DNA of 64,000 nt. Source: Gonapodya sp. JEL0774. Lineage: Eukaryota. The notes below the pieces were generated by a model that saw only the letters and a list, made by a program, of their open reading frames with translations, had not been told where the DNA came from and did not search any database. Position 1 is the stretch's first letter, and each line of letters starts with the position of its first letter. Position numbers and translations under genes: made by a program. Below, piece by piece: positions 13,758-30,200 of this stretch. The stretch covers positions 1 through 64,000 of the forward strand of contig JADIIX010000120.1 in NCBI GenBank assembly GCA_027604505.1, read 5' to 3'.

Positions 13758-14088
13758 GGAAACAGGGAAACAATCCGATATTTCCACGTGTGATGGTCTT
13801 CAGTCCGCTGGACCTGCTGAAAATCTGTTGTGGGTTTCAAAGTGGGAAAGTGGTGAGGCTTGAGGCGGTGCATAAATGAGTCGCCTTCAAGCGGCCCCAG
13901 CAAAACCATTCAAAGATGAATCAGGAAATCAAATTAATTAGTCACACACACAAAGGTACAACGGGAACAGACCGAAAGCAGTGAAGCACATGAAAATATT
14001 GCTGTATGTCCATTCAGAACCAATCAATTCTATGTTAATTAACCAAGCACTAGTTTGGCAAAAACAACGAGAGCTCTCCCATATGCTA

Positions 14089-16012
14089 TTACTGGAATAC
14101 TGACCCGCTACCAGACGCGGGAAGTGGACCCTGTCCGGCAGGGGTCGCTTGGCTCCCGACTTGAGCCACCGCGCTCATGGGGAATACACCTTCCCGCCCA
14201 GTGCTTGCGTTGAGACCGTAAGCCCATGAGTCACTGAATACCTCGAAAATGAAGACTGCATCAGCACGCCGCAAAGCCACTTCATCAGGAGAGTGCGGCT
14301 GAGGGTGGTTACATGAGCAAATATGACAAACGCCGGAAAAATGTGAGGTTCTGACACCATGGAGAAAGCGCTATACGACGAGGCGAACTCACCTTGTGAG
14401 GTAATATCACGGTGTACGGCTTTCCAAGAGCATTCTTCCGCGTTAACGACCCGCTAGGTGTGTTCGAGGAGACCCGATCCGACATTGGAGCGTTGGGTCC
14501 TACGTTCCTCGAACCCCCTTCACTCTCCGATTCCGATGATGCTCCACCAACTGAGCCAAAGCTCGAATCAGGCTGCGAGCCAGGGCCCGGAGTGAAAGCC
14601 CCACGTGGGACAGGTGCAATGAGGTCCGCGAGACGGGCACGCCGGGCAGATGGAGTTGGGGAGGGTGCAACACCTCGAGGTGGGCCGCTTTTGCCGTTTC
14701 GGGACGAGCTCGAAGAATCTGATAAGTCATCCGAAACCATGGAAGAGTCACGATGCGCAGCGGCGAGTGGATGGGATATTGCTGGTAAAGCTGGGGGTGG
14801 CAGGGGACTCCGAGCGGCAGCATCAGGAATCGCTTTCACATCCATCGTGGCGAATGTCGTGGATGGAGATCGCGAGTGAATTGACTCTTCAGGCGGAGGA
14901 CTACCTCCCAAAAAGCCGACCTTGTCCCATATTCGCTTCACGCGTTGCCCGTCGGTGGACGCGGTCGATACTCCATCCACACTTTTCGATCCGGGCAAAA
15001 TTCCATGGTACAACGCCATGGGTTTTCGCTGGCGAATGTACCACCAACCGATGACAGCCGCCACAAACCCGCAAAGGACGACGACCGAAATGACAACAAT
15101 AACGATTCGGACAACGTTGTTGTCTGTGGATCCAGCTCCCGGGGCGCCAGCCAATGCTCCCGAAGATATGCCGGTACCAAAGTCTATTGTTGTCAAATTG
15201 CCCTGGTCCGCTGGGACGGTGTAATTGGCTGTCACATTTGCTTCCGCGGTACTAGTGCTCAGTGCAACACCTGTGTCTGTGCGTGTGGGCGCATCGATCT
15301 GGCAAGAAACGACAGTCACAATGAGAACTCAAAAGTCCATTCTGTGAGTTCTCAGAGCGGCAAACTATCTCCGCGCTGGCCATCCTGAGGGGTTGCATGA
15401 AACCACGCAACCTATATACTCGGCTTCCATGCTTCCCGCATATTGTGCTTCCAGAACCATAGAGCGAGCAAATAGCATAAGCCCATTCTGAGAACTCACT
15501 GTTGCGCACGTGTCTCCCCAGAATGTTACTCCCGAAACAGTAATTTGCATTCCACAGTTCTCGGCAGTTTGACATATCGGTTGTGTTGGGGAGTAATCAG
15601 TCAGGATATTGCAGTAAGAATTACACGTGCAGCCTTTTGTAGATGTCTGGGATTGTGTGTTGGCAAGGAGAGGAAGGAATCCAAAAAGGAGGAGCAAGAG
15701 TGTGACGGCCCTAACGAGGCTGATGGAGCACCGCGGTCCAGAGTGGCGCTCCCAAATACTACGACTGATCGAAGCACGTCGAGACAAATGCCGGAGGTGT
15801 GCAAACGTCCGAATTGTCTCATGGTGTGGTGGGCTGGAGTTGCCGGACGTGCCCTTTAAAATTTCAACACCGATTGGCGAACAAGTCCAGTCTCCGGTAT
15901 TGAAAATGTCATTTTTCCACTGCCTGTTATTCCCTGTTTTTGAACGGCGCCATCCCTTTCGACTTGTCGAGCAGGTGGTCTCCGATCCGGCTCTGGCAGT
16001 AGAGGTCACCAT
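14089..16012 (-). CDS. Single-pass membrane protein: small 6-Cys ectodomain, TM helix, cytoplasmic C-terminal SH3 domain
   Basis: Signal-like TLLLLLFGFLPLLA, module GCTCNSYC..PICQTAENCG..WGDTC, TM IVIVVISVVVLCGFVAAVIGWWY, SH3 YTVILPHK/PHSPDEVAL..DSWAYG..GREGVFPMSAV. Start codon uncertain. Confidence 0.7.
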
Positions 16013-16683
16013 GACCTTATGACCTCACAGGTTCTCCGACAGCCGTTTCTAACAGCGTTGCGAGAGTGATGATTGCAGTGCAAAATAGTTGAGGGCGATA
16101 CTGCGTCAGGGGAACTCAGGCTCCGGGTGTGGTGATTAGTCCCTTTTCCAGTCCGGGGCTCCGCAAACTGAATGGCGTTGCTGGTGCAGTTGGCTCACGA
16201 AGCGGAACCATTCCTTTCCCAATTAATTCTCACTAGCCCATTTGGATGGGATATGATCCCAGTTATGATGTGTGAGGAATGAAGCTCAGTAAATTGTGGT
16301 TATCGAGAACCGACGCCAGACTACGTATGTATAACCAACTCGTGCGACCCAGTGCTCCTTCTCCATTACAGCTCAAATCTCTCTCATTCTTGTTGAAGAA
16401 AATAGGGCCGACAATAGAAACGTGTTCACGCAGAATCTGTTATGAAACAAACCGGCATCCAGGAACTGCGGTGACAATTTTGCTCGTTTCAGAGAACCCC
16501 GTTGCATTGCTGTCGTTGAGTGCTCATTAAAGGTCCGGCTGGATCACAGATAAAAACAGTGAGTGGTGTCCATGTCTGGTGGTGATCAGTCACAACACAT
16601 CCCCCAGGACCCAACAATGAGCCCAATGAGCTGCACATACATTTTATAAATGAAAAGTCAACGGTAACACGCATTAATTACTC

Positions 16684-17885
16684 ATGAGCACCAGAACCGT
16701 CCCACGCCTAATGATCTTCTCTGGTGCGTTTCTGGTCATGAAATCGTTTCTCATTCATCAGTGGCAATGAATCTCGATTATCAGATTTCGACGGCACCAT
16801 CACAGGTACGTTGCCGTACTTTATCACTCGACTGTCTAGAGAGATTTGAGAGCTGTGGAACCGCTCCGCCGGCCCAGTCCAGGATTCAGGTGTGATCATT
16901 ATCGACCATGCAATTGGTACCACTCGTCGGAAGGAGTTTGATGCTCTCGCACTGACTGGGAAAATCCAGTTTCGCGACTCGCTCCGGATGATGTGGGAGA
17001 GTGTCAACATGACCTGGGACGAAGCATTGAAGATGCTTGAAGGTAACCTCACCATGTTTGTCATTCAACACTGTCAGTAATGGTGCCAACCACATTTGCG
17101 GTCAACAGGTGTCCAAATCGACCCCGGATTTGTGGGATTCCTCTCATTCTGCATTTTGCATCAGATTCCTTTGACTGTTCTAAGCAGTGGGCTCGAGCCC
17201 ATGATTCAATTTCTACTTTCCAGTCTGTTGGAACCACACCGAATCGACTTTTCAAAGCATTTCGCCTTGGTAGCCAACAAAGTAACGGTGGAAGGTACGA
17301 AGTGGAACATCCACTTTCAAGATGACAGTCCGTATGGTCATGATAAGTCCCGGGCAATGAAATCCGCAAAGGAAGCGAATGCTTCCTCTTACCCCCAGTG
17401 AGTTATGGGCTATTGTTCCGGCGATGGTGCGGTAGTTGAGGTGCATTGGTTCTCGTGCTTCTCCCCGGGTTTTTGGTCTCTTGTCAGTAATTGGAGCTGG
17501 ATATGCCATTGACAGTTGTTTTGAAGGATTCGAGAAACCTTTGCGATTAGAGTCATCTCCAATTCGACAATAATTTCCGTGTTCTCCAATTGATATCTTT
17601 CCTCGTCATCCTTCCCTCGATCGCAGTCCGCCTACCCCACCACCTGTTTATGTGTTCATCGGGGATGGCGTCTCCGACGTGTCCGCTGCAAAGGAAGCGG
17701 ACATGCTGTTTGCAAAGAAAGGAAAGGTAAGATTTTACCAATGGTTTCATTCAATTCATCATTTCGAAATGACTCCATTTCTTAAGGATCTCGAGAAGTA
17801 TTGTGTGACACACTCGATACCCCACGTCACATTTGAAACGTTTGATGAGGTGGTAGAGGCTCTGAAGGCTACCTGTGATGTCTGA
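16684..17885 (+). CDS. HAD-superfamily phosphatase (Pyp1/YNL010W- or MtnX-like)
   Basis: Spliced motif I IFS/DFDGTIT, plus YGHDKS and motif IV FIGDGVSDVSAAKEADMLFAK. Confidence 0.85.
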
Positions 17886-18039
17886 GAAGCCAGCAGGACA
17901 ACCGAGGTAGTACAACATGGCTAGACCTAGATGCCTTCGATGTGGACGAGTTGGTAGTAGGCCGGCTAATTTGCTTTATCTCAACTAAGCTATATCTATG
18001 TAGCGTAATCATATGCAAATTAGCCACTGTCTGCAGCGA

Positions 18040-19971
<1,932 letters not shown>

Positions 19972-20185
19972 GACTGGGAGAGGATGTAAAGCAGTGGGCT
20001 GAAAAATTGCTGGGGAAGTTATTAGATATACAGGCCGGATTCTCCTCGAACTTCCGGTGAATGGCAACAAATCTTCCGAAAAAAAGGAGCCTGAATGTAC
20101 AATGTAATCCTCTTTGGACAAATTCGCAATGAAAATAACAACCAATCTCTCCTAATGGATAAAATTTTGTGAATTACGACCAAGT

Positions 20186-21950
20186 CTAGTTCTTTCCGTC
20201 CATCGGCTGCATCTGGACAGATTGACCAGCACCATTGTATCCTGCGCTCCCCTGCCTCTGGCTCATGCCGGCACCGCTCACCCCTTGTACTGCTGACGAG
20301 TAACCCTGCCCTCCACCGACCACCGGTGCAGACTGGGGTTGGGAAGACTGTCTGTTCCAACTGAGGTAGGTGTGGTCGCCCAGCTTGCGGGGCCTGATAA
20401 GGTGTCGTGCAAGGAAAGCGAGCCCAAACGCCCAGCAAACAACTCCGACAACGACGTAAGCGATGCCGAGGAAGGTGTTTTTGCCGCCGATGAGGGATAC
20501 GGTTGAGATGACGATTGATTTGGTGCCTCCGAAACGCGCAACCTCAAAATCTGATGAAGTCGAATGAGTGGGGTTTAATGAAGCCACAGCATTCGCAATC
20601 GGCGTGCCTCGTACCCTCACTTACTCGACTGGATTTGAATGGTGTAGACACCCGCCGGCATATCGTCATTGTCATTCCTTCCCCACAGCTTCCTGAAATT
20701 GGGTAATCCCGCAGTCCTCATCCAAACCTGGAGTCTCTCCCACGAGCCCAAGTCTGGGTAGTTCGTGCTGGAGTAGCCGACGTCGTACCCTTTCCATTTG
20801 AATCCAGTTCGCCAAGCAGGGGGTGGTAGAATGTTGGCTCGGATATCTGCGTCCGTTCTTTCAGTGAACATTTTCGATGTGCGGTACTTCGACGCGTCGG
20901 ATGGCCAAGCAATGCCCTTTTCGGAGAAAACGTACTTAAAATTGTCGGTGGTTCGGATGGGATCCATGATATTGTCTTTGGGTTTCCGTGTCGCAAAGAC
21001 AATCTCATCAAATAAGTTCGACTGACAAAACCAAATTGTTGTCTGACGACTCACCACTGAACATAGAATTTGCAATCAACCCACACGGGTAATATTGCGG
21101 GATCTTCGAGGAGTTTGCACTCGAGGGTTGTCGGATTGGGGAGCAAGCGTCACTAAGGCTGGTTCCCTCAAGAACATTGTCCCCCTTGAGTTGTCCAGGA
21201 TCATAGCTCTTTACATATCGCCGATGGTTCTGGTAAAACGAGGTGAGGCGGTAGTACAAGAAGACAGGTTTGGCGAATGCTTTGTCCACTGTAAATGTGA
21301 CAGTGCACGTGCTATTGGCTGCATTCCAGACCATATTGGCTGGTGGATTGGCGCTACCGCATTGGGTGTAGTCGAACATTATTTGCTGTACACGGTCCGC
21401 GGCAATATAGAGACCGATACCTGTGAGGCCGAGCGGGCAGGATTAAGCACAAACAATGATGGCAAGTTTAGGGAAAATCCCATCCTCAGACATGCTTCTT
21501 CTTTGTGGGTAGTTCTAGGGAGCATGAAGACTCCATCTTACCCTTGGTTTGATGATGGACCGGAACACCATCAATACAGCAAACACGCCATAAAGACCTG
21601 GTTTCGTATCTCTTTTGCCACGCCCACAGCCGAACAGCCCCGTGACAGTTCGGTGCCCGTGGGCCCCAACCAAAACGACAGACCTCTTTGGACACTTACC
21701 AATGGGGATGAAAATGGCACCGATGACAAAGAAGACAGGTAGCACGGTCTTTGGAGTAAGGATAGGTTGCCATGCGCGAAGACGTTGCTGTCGAAATGCC
21801 GTGTCTTGGGAGAATGAGTTTCGAAGTGTGAAGCAAGAGCCAGAGGTTGGTCGCTCTTAAGAGAAGACTCGAGCGACGATGGAAGAAGAACGACAACTCA
21901 CTTGCAGGCTTGCGGGAGATCTTCTTGGACTCCGAGTCCGATGGAGCCAT
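20186..21950 (-). CDS. CDC50: CDC50/LEM3 family P4-ATPase flippase beta subunit
   Basis: [72 protein letters not shown]. Confidence 0.93.
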
Positions 21951-22305
21951 TGCGAAAGAGGGTCAGCACGTGCGATGAGGTTGGGGGGATGCGGTGATTG
22001 CGGAGCTCAGAGTCAATCGTAATCCCGAGAAGGGCAGCCGGGAATAAGACGGGGACGGATTGAGCTTTCCGGATGCGCGATGCGGGTGAGAAAGAGCACT
22101 GCGCTGAGTGGGTCTCGGTGGTGGAATGCTCCAGTCCAGGAGCGACTCCGCCACGCGAACCCGAACAAACTACAGAACAGAATTGAAACAGCGGGCAACC
22201 CCGCCAACTGTGTAACGGTTCTTCGCCTGCCCGTTCGCAAATTTTTAGATTTTGCTATCGTGTATTTCTCTCTCTTGAGAGTTTTTCCAAAATACTGATA
22301 CAAGA

Positions 22306-25300
22306 TCAATTGTGATGAACCCGTCCGTTTGCAATGCGTTCACTCTCCTCCTGCCGTTTTTTGCGCTGCTCCGCAAGTCGTCGCTGGACCTCGGGTGGTC
22401 GCATTTCAATCCTAGTGTGATGAGTAATGGTTAACAATCAAACCCGCCCGGTCGGCTCTGTGTTGTGTGTGACCTTGCACGCACATGCATCGCCCACTTA
22501 TTTCGCACGTGAGGCCAGCGGAGAGAATCATCTAAATTCCCAAGAAGCCATTTTACTTCGCAATATCACCGACAATGACATTGCAATTGTCACTCCTTAC
22601 CTTTGCGACAAGACCCGTCCACCCCGTCTGGTGCGAGGCACCCAAACCCCTCCCAGTGTCACCATCAAAATACTCATAAAACAACAAATGATCCTTGAAA
22701 TGTGGATCGAAGTTGAGCTTATCTGATCGTGGCCCAGTTCCTTGGTAGGGCCGTCGACCATCGAGATCCTGCGAAAACAATCGAATCGTACTGCGTACGT
22801 GACACGGCCCCAGAAAAAGATAAACCCGGAGTTGGAACTTGAGTGCCTTAAATCGAACAAAGAAAGGACAGCGGAAATACAATACCGGTGCATGATATCA
22901 TCTGCAATCTGGTTCAAGTTTTTACGTGTTCCACTTCCCGCGGGGCATTCAACCGAGAAGCCGTCATCACCATAAAAGTAATGAAACCGCTGAAGAGCTT
23001 CGATAATGAGAAAGGATGTTGCAAGCCAAACAGGTCCTCTCCAGTTCGCTACAATACAGACAAATGTGTCATCCCACAGATATAAGTGAACCAGCCTAGG
23101 TCCGGTGACGACTCACAGTTCCCGCCAAACAAGCCGGAATCCGATTCACCGGGAAGGTATGCCACCGTCTTTGCTTCACCCCACTCGGTCCACCACGTGT
23201 ACGGGTGGTCTTTGTGGTATTTCGACAGGCTGCAGTGGGATAAAAGAACAGGTTTGATCGTCAATGAAGCACTCTACTTTGTGCAAATTGGAACAGTACG
23301 TATCCTTACGGAATAATTTACGCACCTTCTTATTCCTCTTTCACTTAAAAACTCCTCTGGATCCAGCAACTTTTGGAGTACAGATTCAAGTCGGTCTTTA
23401 CTGAACAAACTCAGAAGGATACGATGGCGATAATAATTCTTGTCTCGGTGACCCGTAGACAACTCTCCACTAGCGGTAGATTGGACTGGCAGAATGGTGG
23501 CGGTGGGAACATTTTTTGCTTGATTTTTGATCGACAATATGGAAACACGTTGCATTCTCGCAAGCACCCACATGAAACATTCCTTGCCGTGAAATCCCAA
23601 TTGTCCAAGAACCAATTCATTCTTCTCTGAAAGCCGGGCAACTTTTCCACCATCTCTGGTTCGAGTACCACCGCTGCAAACAACGGGATGAGTCCGACCA
23701 TGGACCTAACCCGAAGTGGAACAACCCGCCCATCGTTATATTGCAGATTATCGTAGTAAAACCCATCAGTCTGGGTCAGGGAAACGGAAGTCAGGAATGA
23801 CATGAAGAGGGGTAACAGGACGCTAGACCGCACCGGGTCCCAGAGGGAATTCATGTGGCCGTTCTCTCCAGAAGAAAACGATAGAGCATCCGAGATGTAA
23901 AGGAAATGCTCGAAGAATTTGGATGCAATGTCCTCGTAGACGGGATTCTGTTGGGCCAGTTCTAGTGCAATATTGAGCCTGAACACATCCCGGAACAATT
24001 GGAGTCAACTCAAACAATGCAGTTGCTCCTTCTGTCTTAACGTTCACATACATGTAAAGTGCAAAAAAGGCCATCCACCCTGTCGCGTCGGCCTGCCTGA
24101 GACGCCCATTGACGGGCAACGCCTGAGCGACGGCGATACTTCAGTTAAGTCAACGACAGAACGATGAAGTCTTTCCAAACCTAACCTCAGATCTATTGAA
24201 GACCGCTACAAAGGCAAAAGTTTCTCAGCTTACGAAATCGAATATTTACCCGAATTTCATAATTGCTCACCAATGTTGTCCAGGCCGAGAAACCCGCCCT
24301 CAAAAACATTGTTTCTGGAGAAGGCAAATAAGTAACATTCGGAGCACAAAAGGCCACCCCTAAAACGTGAGGTTATCTCACCCTTCCCCATCTTTCCGAT
24401 TGACCCACCTGCAGAATGATCCAAACAACGAATGCTCGGAACCCTACCAATGGATTCAAGCTCTCGAAAACAACGACTCACCAAGTGAAGTTCAAAAGCA
24501 ATTTTTGAAACACTCGCTCGAGAAAAGTTGTGTCACTTCTACCCCAATATTTCTTCTCCATTCGGTAGACCCGCCAACACGCCCATGCGTGGACCTTCGA
24601 ATTTCACATAGAATAGTGGTATGAGAACAAAACTTCCAAGCAACAGCAATGGACTTCTCACAGGTGGATTGACATCCGAGAATGCCCATTCGTAAGCGGG
24701 CATTTGGCCGTTTGGGTGAAGATACCTTGTCGAATCCAATTCAGAATTGGCAACGGTGTCATCTCATTCGATTACTTGACAGGAGAAAGACACAGTCGAT
24801 TCTTACCATTCACGGGTGAGTCTAATGTACTTCCATAAGTATTGAATCAGAGAACCAAATAATAAAGGAAGTTCATTATGACCCACCTATCGAGTTGCCG
24901 TTTTGCAAACCACGGATCGATTAGGGCGAGGGGGATCTGTAATTTCCATTCTCATGAGAATGTCGCAAAGCTATAGCATCAGAAACTGACTTACTGCATG
25001 GAATGCCGTGTCCCACGCACAAAAGACTGTCATCGACATCAGATCCACAGGTCCTCACATTGGTCAAGGCCCTCTGACTCACAGGGATACTCCCATTTGT
25101 CTGGCATTGATAGAACGTCGTCGACGTGTAGATGCTTCCAGTGATAATTTCTGACCGGGGGAGAACGAAGTTGAATTTCCACCGCAGTGCCAAGGGACGA
25201 CCTTCAACCACCTCGCCCATGGCTTTTTCCTGTCAGGAGGGGGAACAGGCTGACCAGGATCTCCGGTCATCCACCGTTGGACGGCGTAAAAGTAGAACTG

Positions 25301-27016
25301 CTTGGACCAAAGCATTCCCGCCCAGGCTTGTCGTTGAATGTTCTTGAGATCCTCTATATAAATGTGGGAAAGACTTTGAAACAACACCCTCATTGATACG
25401 TTTAGACCAGCCAAAAAACCTACCAGAAAGGGAATGGGGTTGAAAATTGGCGTAAAACTCATCCGCTTCCTTCTTTCTGAGTTTGAACATGGCCTCAAAT
25501 ACGTCATCGGCAAAAAAATTGCCCGTTTCGGGAAATTCCCCAATAAGCCCCATACTTCCAACACCCGCTGCAGGTGTGAACCGTAATTTTATCACAGCCT
25601 GCCCATGACCTGGCACAAGTAGCTTGTACAACGCGGCACACTTGGTTCCGGTATTGCTTGGATCCACTGCACTCTGTTCTCCATGCACTACATAGCGATT
25701 GAATGCGTCTTTGACGAACGGTGACTTGTTTGGTTGGCCATAAAGCCGCTCAAAGTTCGTCTCATTTCCTGTGAATAGCATTGTCGGCAAGACTCCATCG
25801 GGTGCCGCTGCGAAATGACAATATTGTTGGAAGTTACGAGAAGTGTCTTCGAGACATGCTGAACTATAATCTATGGTGCTCTGGGGTTGAAGACGGATGA
25901 CAGGGGTCTCAGTCCCGGGAGAGTTGTGAGCTTCCCAAGACCAGGTATTACGATACCAGACTGTGGGCAAGACATGAATCGGAGCATCATGCTCGCTCCG
26001 GTTAAATATTGTCACGCGACAAAGCACGTCATCCACATCCGCCTTGCAGTACTCGACGACGATGTCAAAGTATTCGTCTTTGTCGAAGATTCCAGTGTCC
26101 AGTAATTCGTACTCTTGTTCTTGTCGCGAGCGATTGGAAAGATTGTTTCTTTCACGAAGCTGCTCGTATGGGAAGCGGGCCTTTTTCAATATGTTTCCGT
26201 GAAACTTCTATTTGTCGAGACATGTACTTTCATGAACCTACTTGTGGATACTTGTACAGCATCTTCATGTAAGAGTGCGTCGGTGTACTGTCTTCGTAGT
26301 AGTACAACTCTTTCACATCTTCGCCGTGATTTGCTGACAGAGAATGTTCATTCCAGCAAAGTAGAGCTCTCTGAGAATAAACACGCACCTTCGGGACCTG
26401 TCAGGCCAAAGAATCGTTCCTTGAGAAAGGGATCATTTTCATTCCAAAATGCTTGAAAAACAAAGTCCGATGAGGTGGACAAATCGCTTATGGCCCGTCA
26501 AGTGGGAAGTTACCAAATGCCAAATTCACTCTTCCATGGTTGTCACTGAGACCTCCTATTCCATCTTCTCCCCAGCGATACGCTCTGCACATTGCATCCT
26601 CGTATCGGAGAGAGTTCCAAACGTCACCGTTGTACGTGTAATCCTCTCGCACCGTTCCCCATTGCCTGTCACTGTCGCCCATGATTTTACACGTTCAGAA
26701 AAAGCGTGAAAGAGGGTTTAGAATAAACGGTACCTCAAATAAGGTCCTGAAAGAAGCAAGTTCGTTTGTAAGTGAAGATGGATCTCGTTGTCCCATCTTT
26801 AGCATCAGGAACTGACCCCAACGTCTCCAATGCTTCTTGTCTTCATCGATTCATTGAAATTATAAGGAATCGGAGTAATTCAATCATTTCATTCATTAGC
26901 GAACGATCGTGATGCTGAGATTCCACTGTCCACACACATGCATCCGCTTCAGCAAGACGTTCGTCCTCCGCAGTAGGAGGTCCCCGCTCAAATACGTCCT
27001 GTGCCTTTTGGGTCAT
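22306..27016 (-). CDS. MGH1/GH63-like glucosidase (YMR196W-like), many small exons
   Basis: [108 protein letters not shown]. Exact 3' end uncertain. Confidence 0.9.
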
Positions 27017-27074
27017 CGAGTTAGGATATGAGAAAATCTCTGGACAACTGGAGAGAGAGCTTTTTGGTGGTACC

Positions 27075-27121
27075 GTTACGTTCTCATATTACGTAACCCC
27101 TCTACGTAATCTTCTGAGGGG
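27075..27121. promoter_or_regulatory. Three phased CRE-like (TACGT) sites plus two STRE-like (CCCCT/AGGGG) sites upstream of the GH63-like gene
   Basis: ACGT cores at 27078, 27091 and 27104 (13-bp spacing), the central one a perfect TTACGTAA. CCCCT at 27097-27101 and AGGGG at 27117-27121. Located 60-105 bp upstream of ATG 27016. Confidence 0.5.
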
Positions 27122-27252
27122 TGGCATTCATTTATCAATTTGCGTTGTTTGTACATTGTTTCAAATAATAATAGAGAAACTCATCAATCACCGAATAGGT
27201 GGTCCCACAACGGCCCACGTCATCTCTCGCACAGGCTGTCCCCGCAACAGTT

Positions 27253-30200
27253 CTAGACAAGCTTAACCTGAACCCAAGCACCTGTGCTCGGTACTCCATC
27301 GTTAAGAATGTAAAACAAATAATAACCAGGTGGAACCACATTGTTGTCAGGGGGAGTGGTAACTTGAATCGTGGTTGAGGATTGTGCGACGGTGGGCGCC
27401 TGGATGGACGGAAACTTGTTTCAGTCCCTGAACGAACTACTTCAGTGCATCTCGAACACTCACAAACACTAGTCGGGTGGACATGTGGTTGCTGTTGTAT
27501 AAGGTATGAGACGCAACCCGTAAGATATCCATGGCCAACTGCAAAGCAAGCAAGACACATTCTACTAACGAGTGAGTAACTCCGCCTGGGAAATAGAACG
27601 CTGCCTGCAGCGACTTGGTGTTATCAAATGTGCCTGTTATCGTGAAAGCATCCCCTGGATTCACGGCAGCTGGTGCTCCAGTGAAAGTAGGTCGTGTTTT
27701 TCCAGTGAGCAAGTACGGAGGAGTCAAAATCTCGTTGCGGTACTCTGTAGGGTATGGGCTTGTGTAGTTAGGATCTAAATGAGGATTTGATCCAGTGACA
27801 AGGACCGTGGCATCCGGCATCAACTGGGATATTGAGTGATCTGCGTTTCAGCCAGCCGCAGAAGAAGGCAGGAATAAGCCGCTGTGTGCACCTTCATTCT
27901 CACTCTCTTTACTCACACATTCGCGGGATTGTGCTAGCTGCCATGGTGTACCATCGCTTGCCCTTAGGTGCGCTTGGGAGATAGATATCCGGAGCAAGGA
28001 CAGGTGTCTTTGCAGACTCCCATCCTTGGTGGCCTTGTGCGGCACCGTTGATGAAAATAATACTCCCGTCAACGAGTATGGTCGGGTGCACCATGACGCG
28101 TGCTTGTGGAGCGCTTTCGGACGTGTCCCAGGTAGGGTTGGCAGCCTCCGGCGTAACTTTTTAGCGAGGACAGAATTAGACGAGTATGCCAGAACCACTC
28201 CAGAGTCCACCATTACCCACTGATTCCGCAGGTATTGGTGCCCGGTTGCTCAATCCACAAGTCGGGATGACCACCCCCACAGACTATGAAGTGAACCGTG
28301 TAGTTGTCAGCGTAAGTAATTGGGAGCATGGTGCCTGCGCCAACGGAGGGGTATGTGCGAGGATAGATGCCTGCGACAGTCAATAAGCTTTCTGTGTCAG
28401 ATGTACTGCGGACACCACAACCAAAAGTTCACACCAACCCGGCAAGTCGGGCAAGTTCTTGACGACAGCGTTGGAGACAGGGTCTAGAATGATGCTACTC
28501 ATTCCTGCCATGATGAAGAGACGTCCTGAACGCAAAACGTGGACGTGCGGGTACATTTGGAAGGGAAACACGTTGGGAGCTTGGAGGAGGTCCAACTGGA
28601 AATTGCTCGGAGGATTCGGAGGGTAAAACTCATAGGTCGGGTTCTTTCAAATGGAAAGTGTGGCATTGATCGTCCAGTGCGGAAAGAGCAAACGTGTGTA
28701 AGTGGCAAAGAAGTGTGTTTACTGGGTTGACTTGCACGTGATCATTCTCACATTTGTTTGCTTGTCTGTTTGCAAGCCCTGATCATACTGTGCGATGCCG
28801 CCGATAATGAACTGTGGCAAACGAAGGAGACGAGTGATTAGTGGCCGTGTCTGCACATGTTCAGATTGTCGACACACTCTGACAGACAAAATCATCTCTC
28901 GAGAAAATATAATCTTCGGGAGAACTAGCGTCTTGCGGACAAAACACGGATTGAGAGAGCGTCCGGGATTCAAAATCATCCCAATCCACGACGCCTCGCT
29001 CGTTGTTCCCACATTGGCTCGCAGAGGGATCTTGCACAAAGATTGAACGTACCATTCTACCGTCTGGTAGGTTTACAATGGTTGGATACCACCTCGCACT
29101 TTGGAGGGCGTTGGATTCGACCCAATCACAAGTCACCGTTACACCATCACACGGGCGGGTCAGGATCCGAATGGCTTGGTAGCCAGTGGCAATGGCTGGA
29201 TCATTGTAGTCTGTTTACAGTAGTCGCATACAACAATGAGCACGTGATTATGCGAGGGGACAAACAGTAAGAGAGGTCAACGTACTCAAGGATCCTCCAA
29301 CTGAGATGAGTCTTCCATCAGGCATCTGGCCAACGCCCGAACAGAAGGAGTTTGTGGTGAGGTCCAACGGCGTCAGATCAAGGGTAGTGGGATTCCATTC
29401 GGAGGAGTAGGCGTATCGGGCTAACAGAGCGGATGAGTGGTGCATGTGAAGGGTCACACACATCAGGGCCTGTTCTAGTTTCGACTCACTGGCTGTGATG
29501 TTCAACATTGTGGATAGCTCTTGCTTCCCAAGCATAATGACGTTCCCTGTGAGTGGAACAAGCATGATATGCATTGCTGGCACACCTGAAGTACCGTGAA
29601 CGGTAAAAGTGCCCGAGTTGGTGAGGTCGACTGATGACGCAAAGGCGTCGCATCCCGACTGGCAGCCGGTGCCACAGGAGATGTAAGAGGATCCACAGTA
29701 GCCATCAGCTCCACAGCTTTTTGGGGAGAGGTCAAAGTTGAGTGAGATGATACGGATGCTATAGGCCATACACCACTCACCAAGGGGTATATCCCCGCGT
29801 CAGAGAGTTAGCAACGGTAGCTGCAGCGAGTCAGCTCATTGACCTCAACGCTCAACGTAAATGCGACTTGAGAGTGGGAACTCACGGCAGACAGCCCCTC
29901 CGAAATCCTTTCCACATCTTCCTGAAAAGACTGACGATGTCGTTGTCGTATTTACTCCAGATCCAGATCCTGAGCCTGTCGTTGTTGACCCAGTGCTAGT
30001 TCCCGACGTTCCCGACGTCCCTGTTCCCGTCACTGCGTTGGAAGCTGCGATTGTTGTCGAAGCGGTGGAGGAGGTCTTCAATTTGAGGATGAACACAATG
30101 ACCAGCGAGAAACTGGCGACGAGAAGAACAGACGCAACTGCAGGTTCCATGCAGCAGTAAGCCAGGCAAGATATCAGCTGCATGATGACGTTTGACTGGA

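Noticed and set aside
16684..17885. HAD phosphatase as an MtnX methionine-salvage partner of the ACS-like enzyme
   Set aside because: It lies 26 kb away and equally resembles the widespread fungal Pyp1/YNL010W phosphatases. No evidence of a link.
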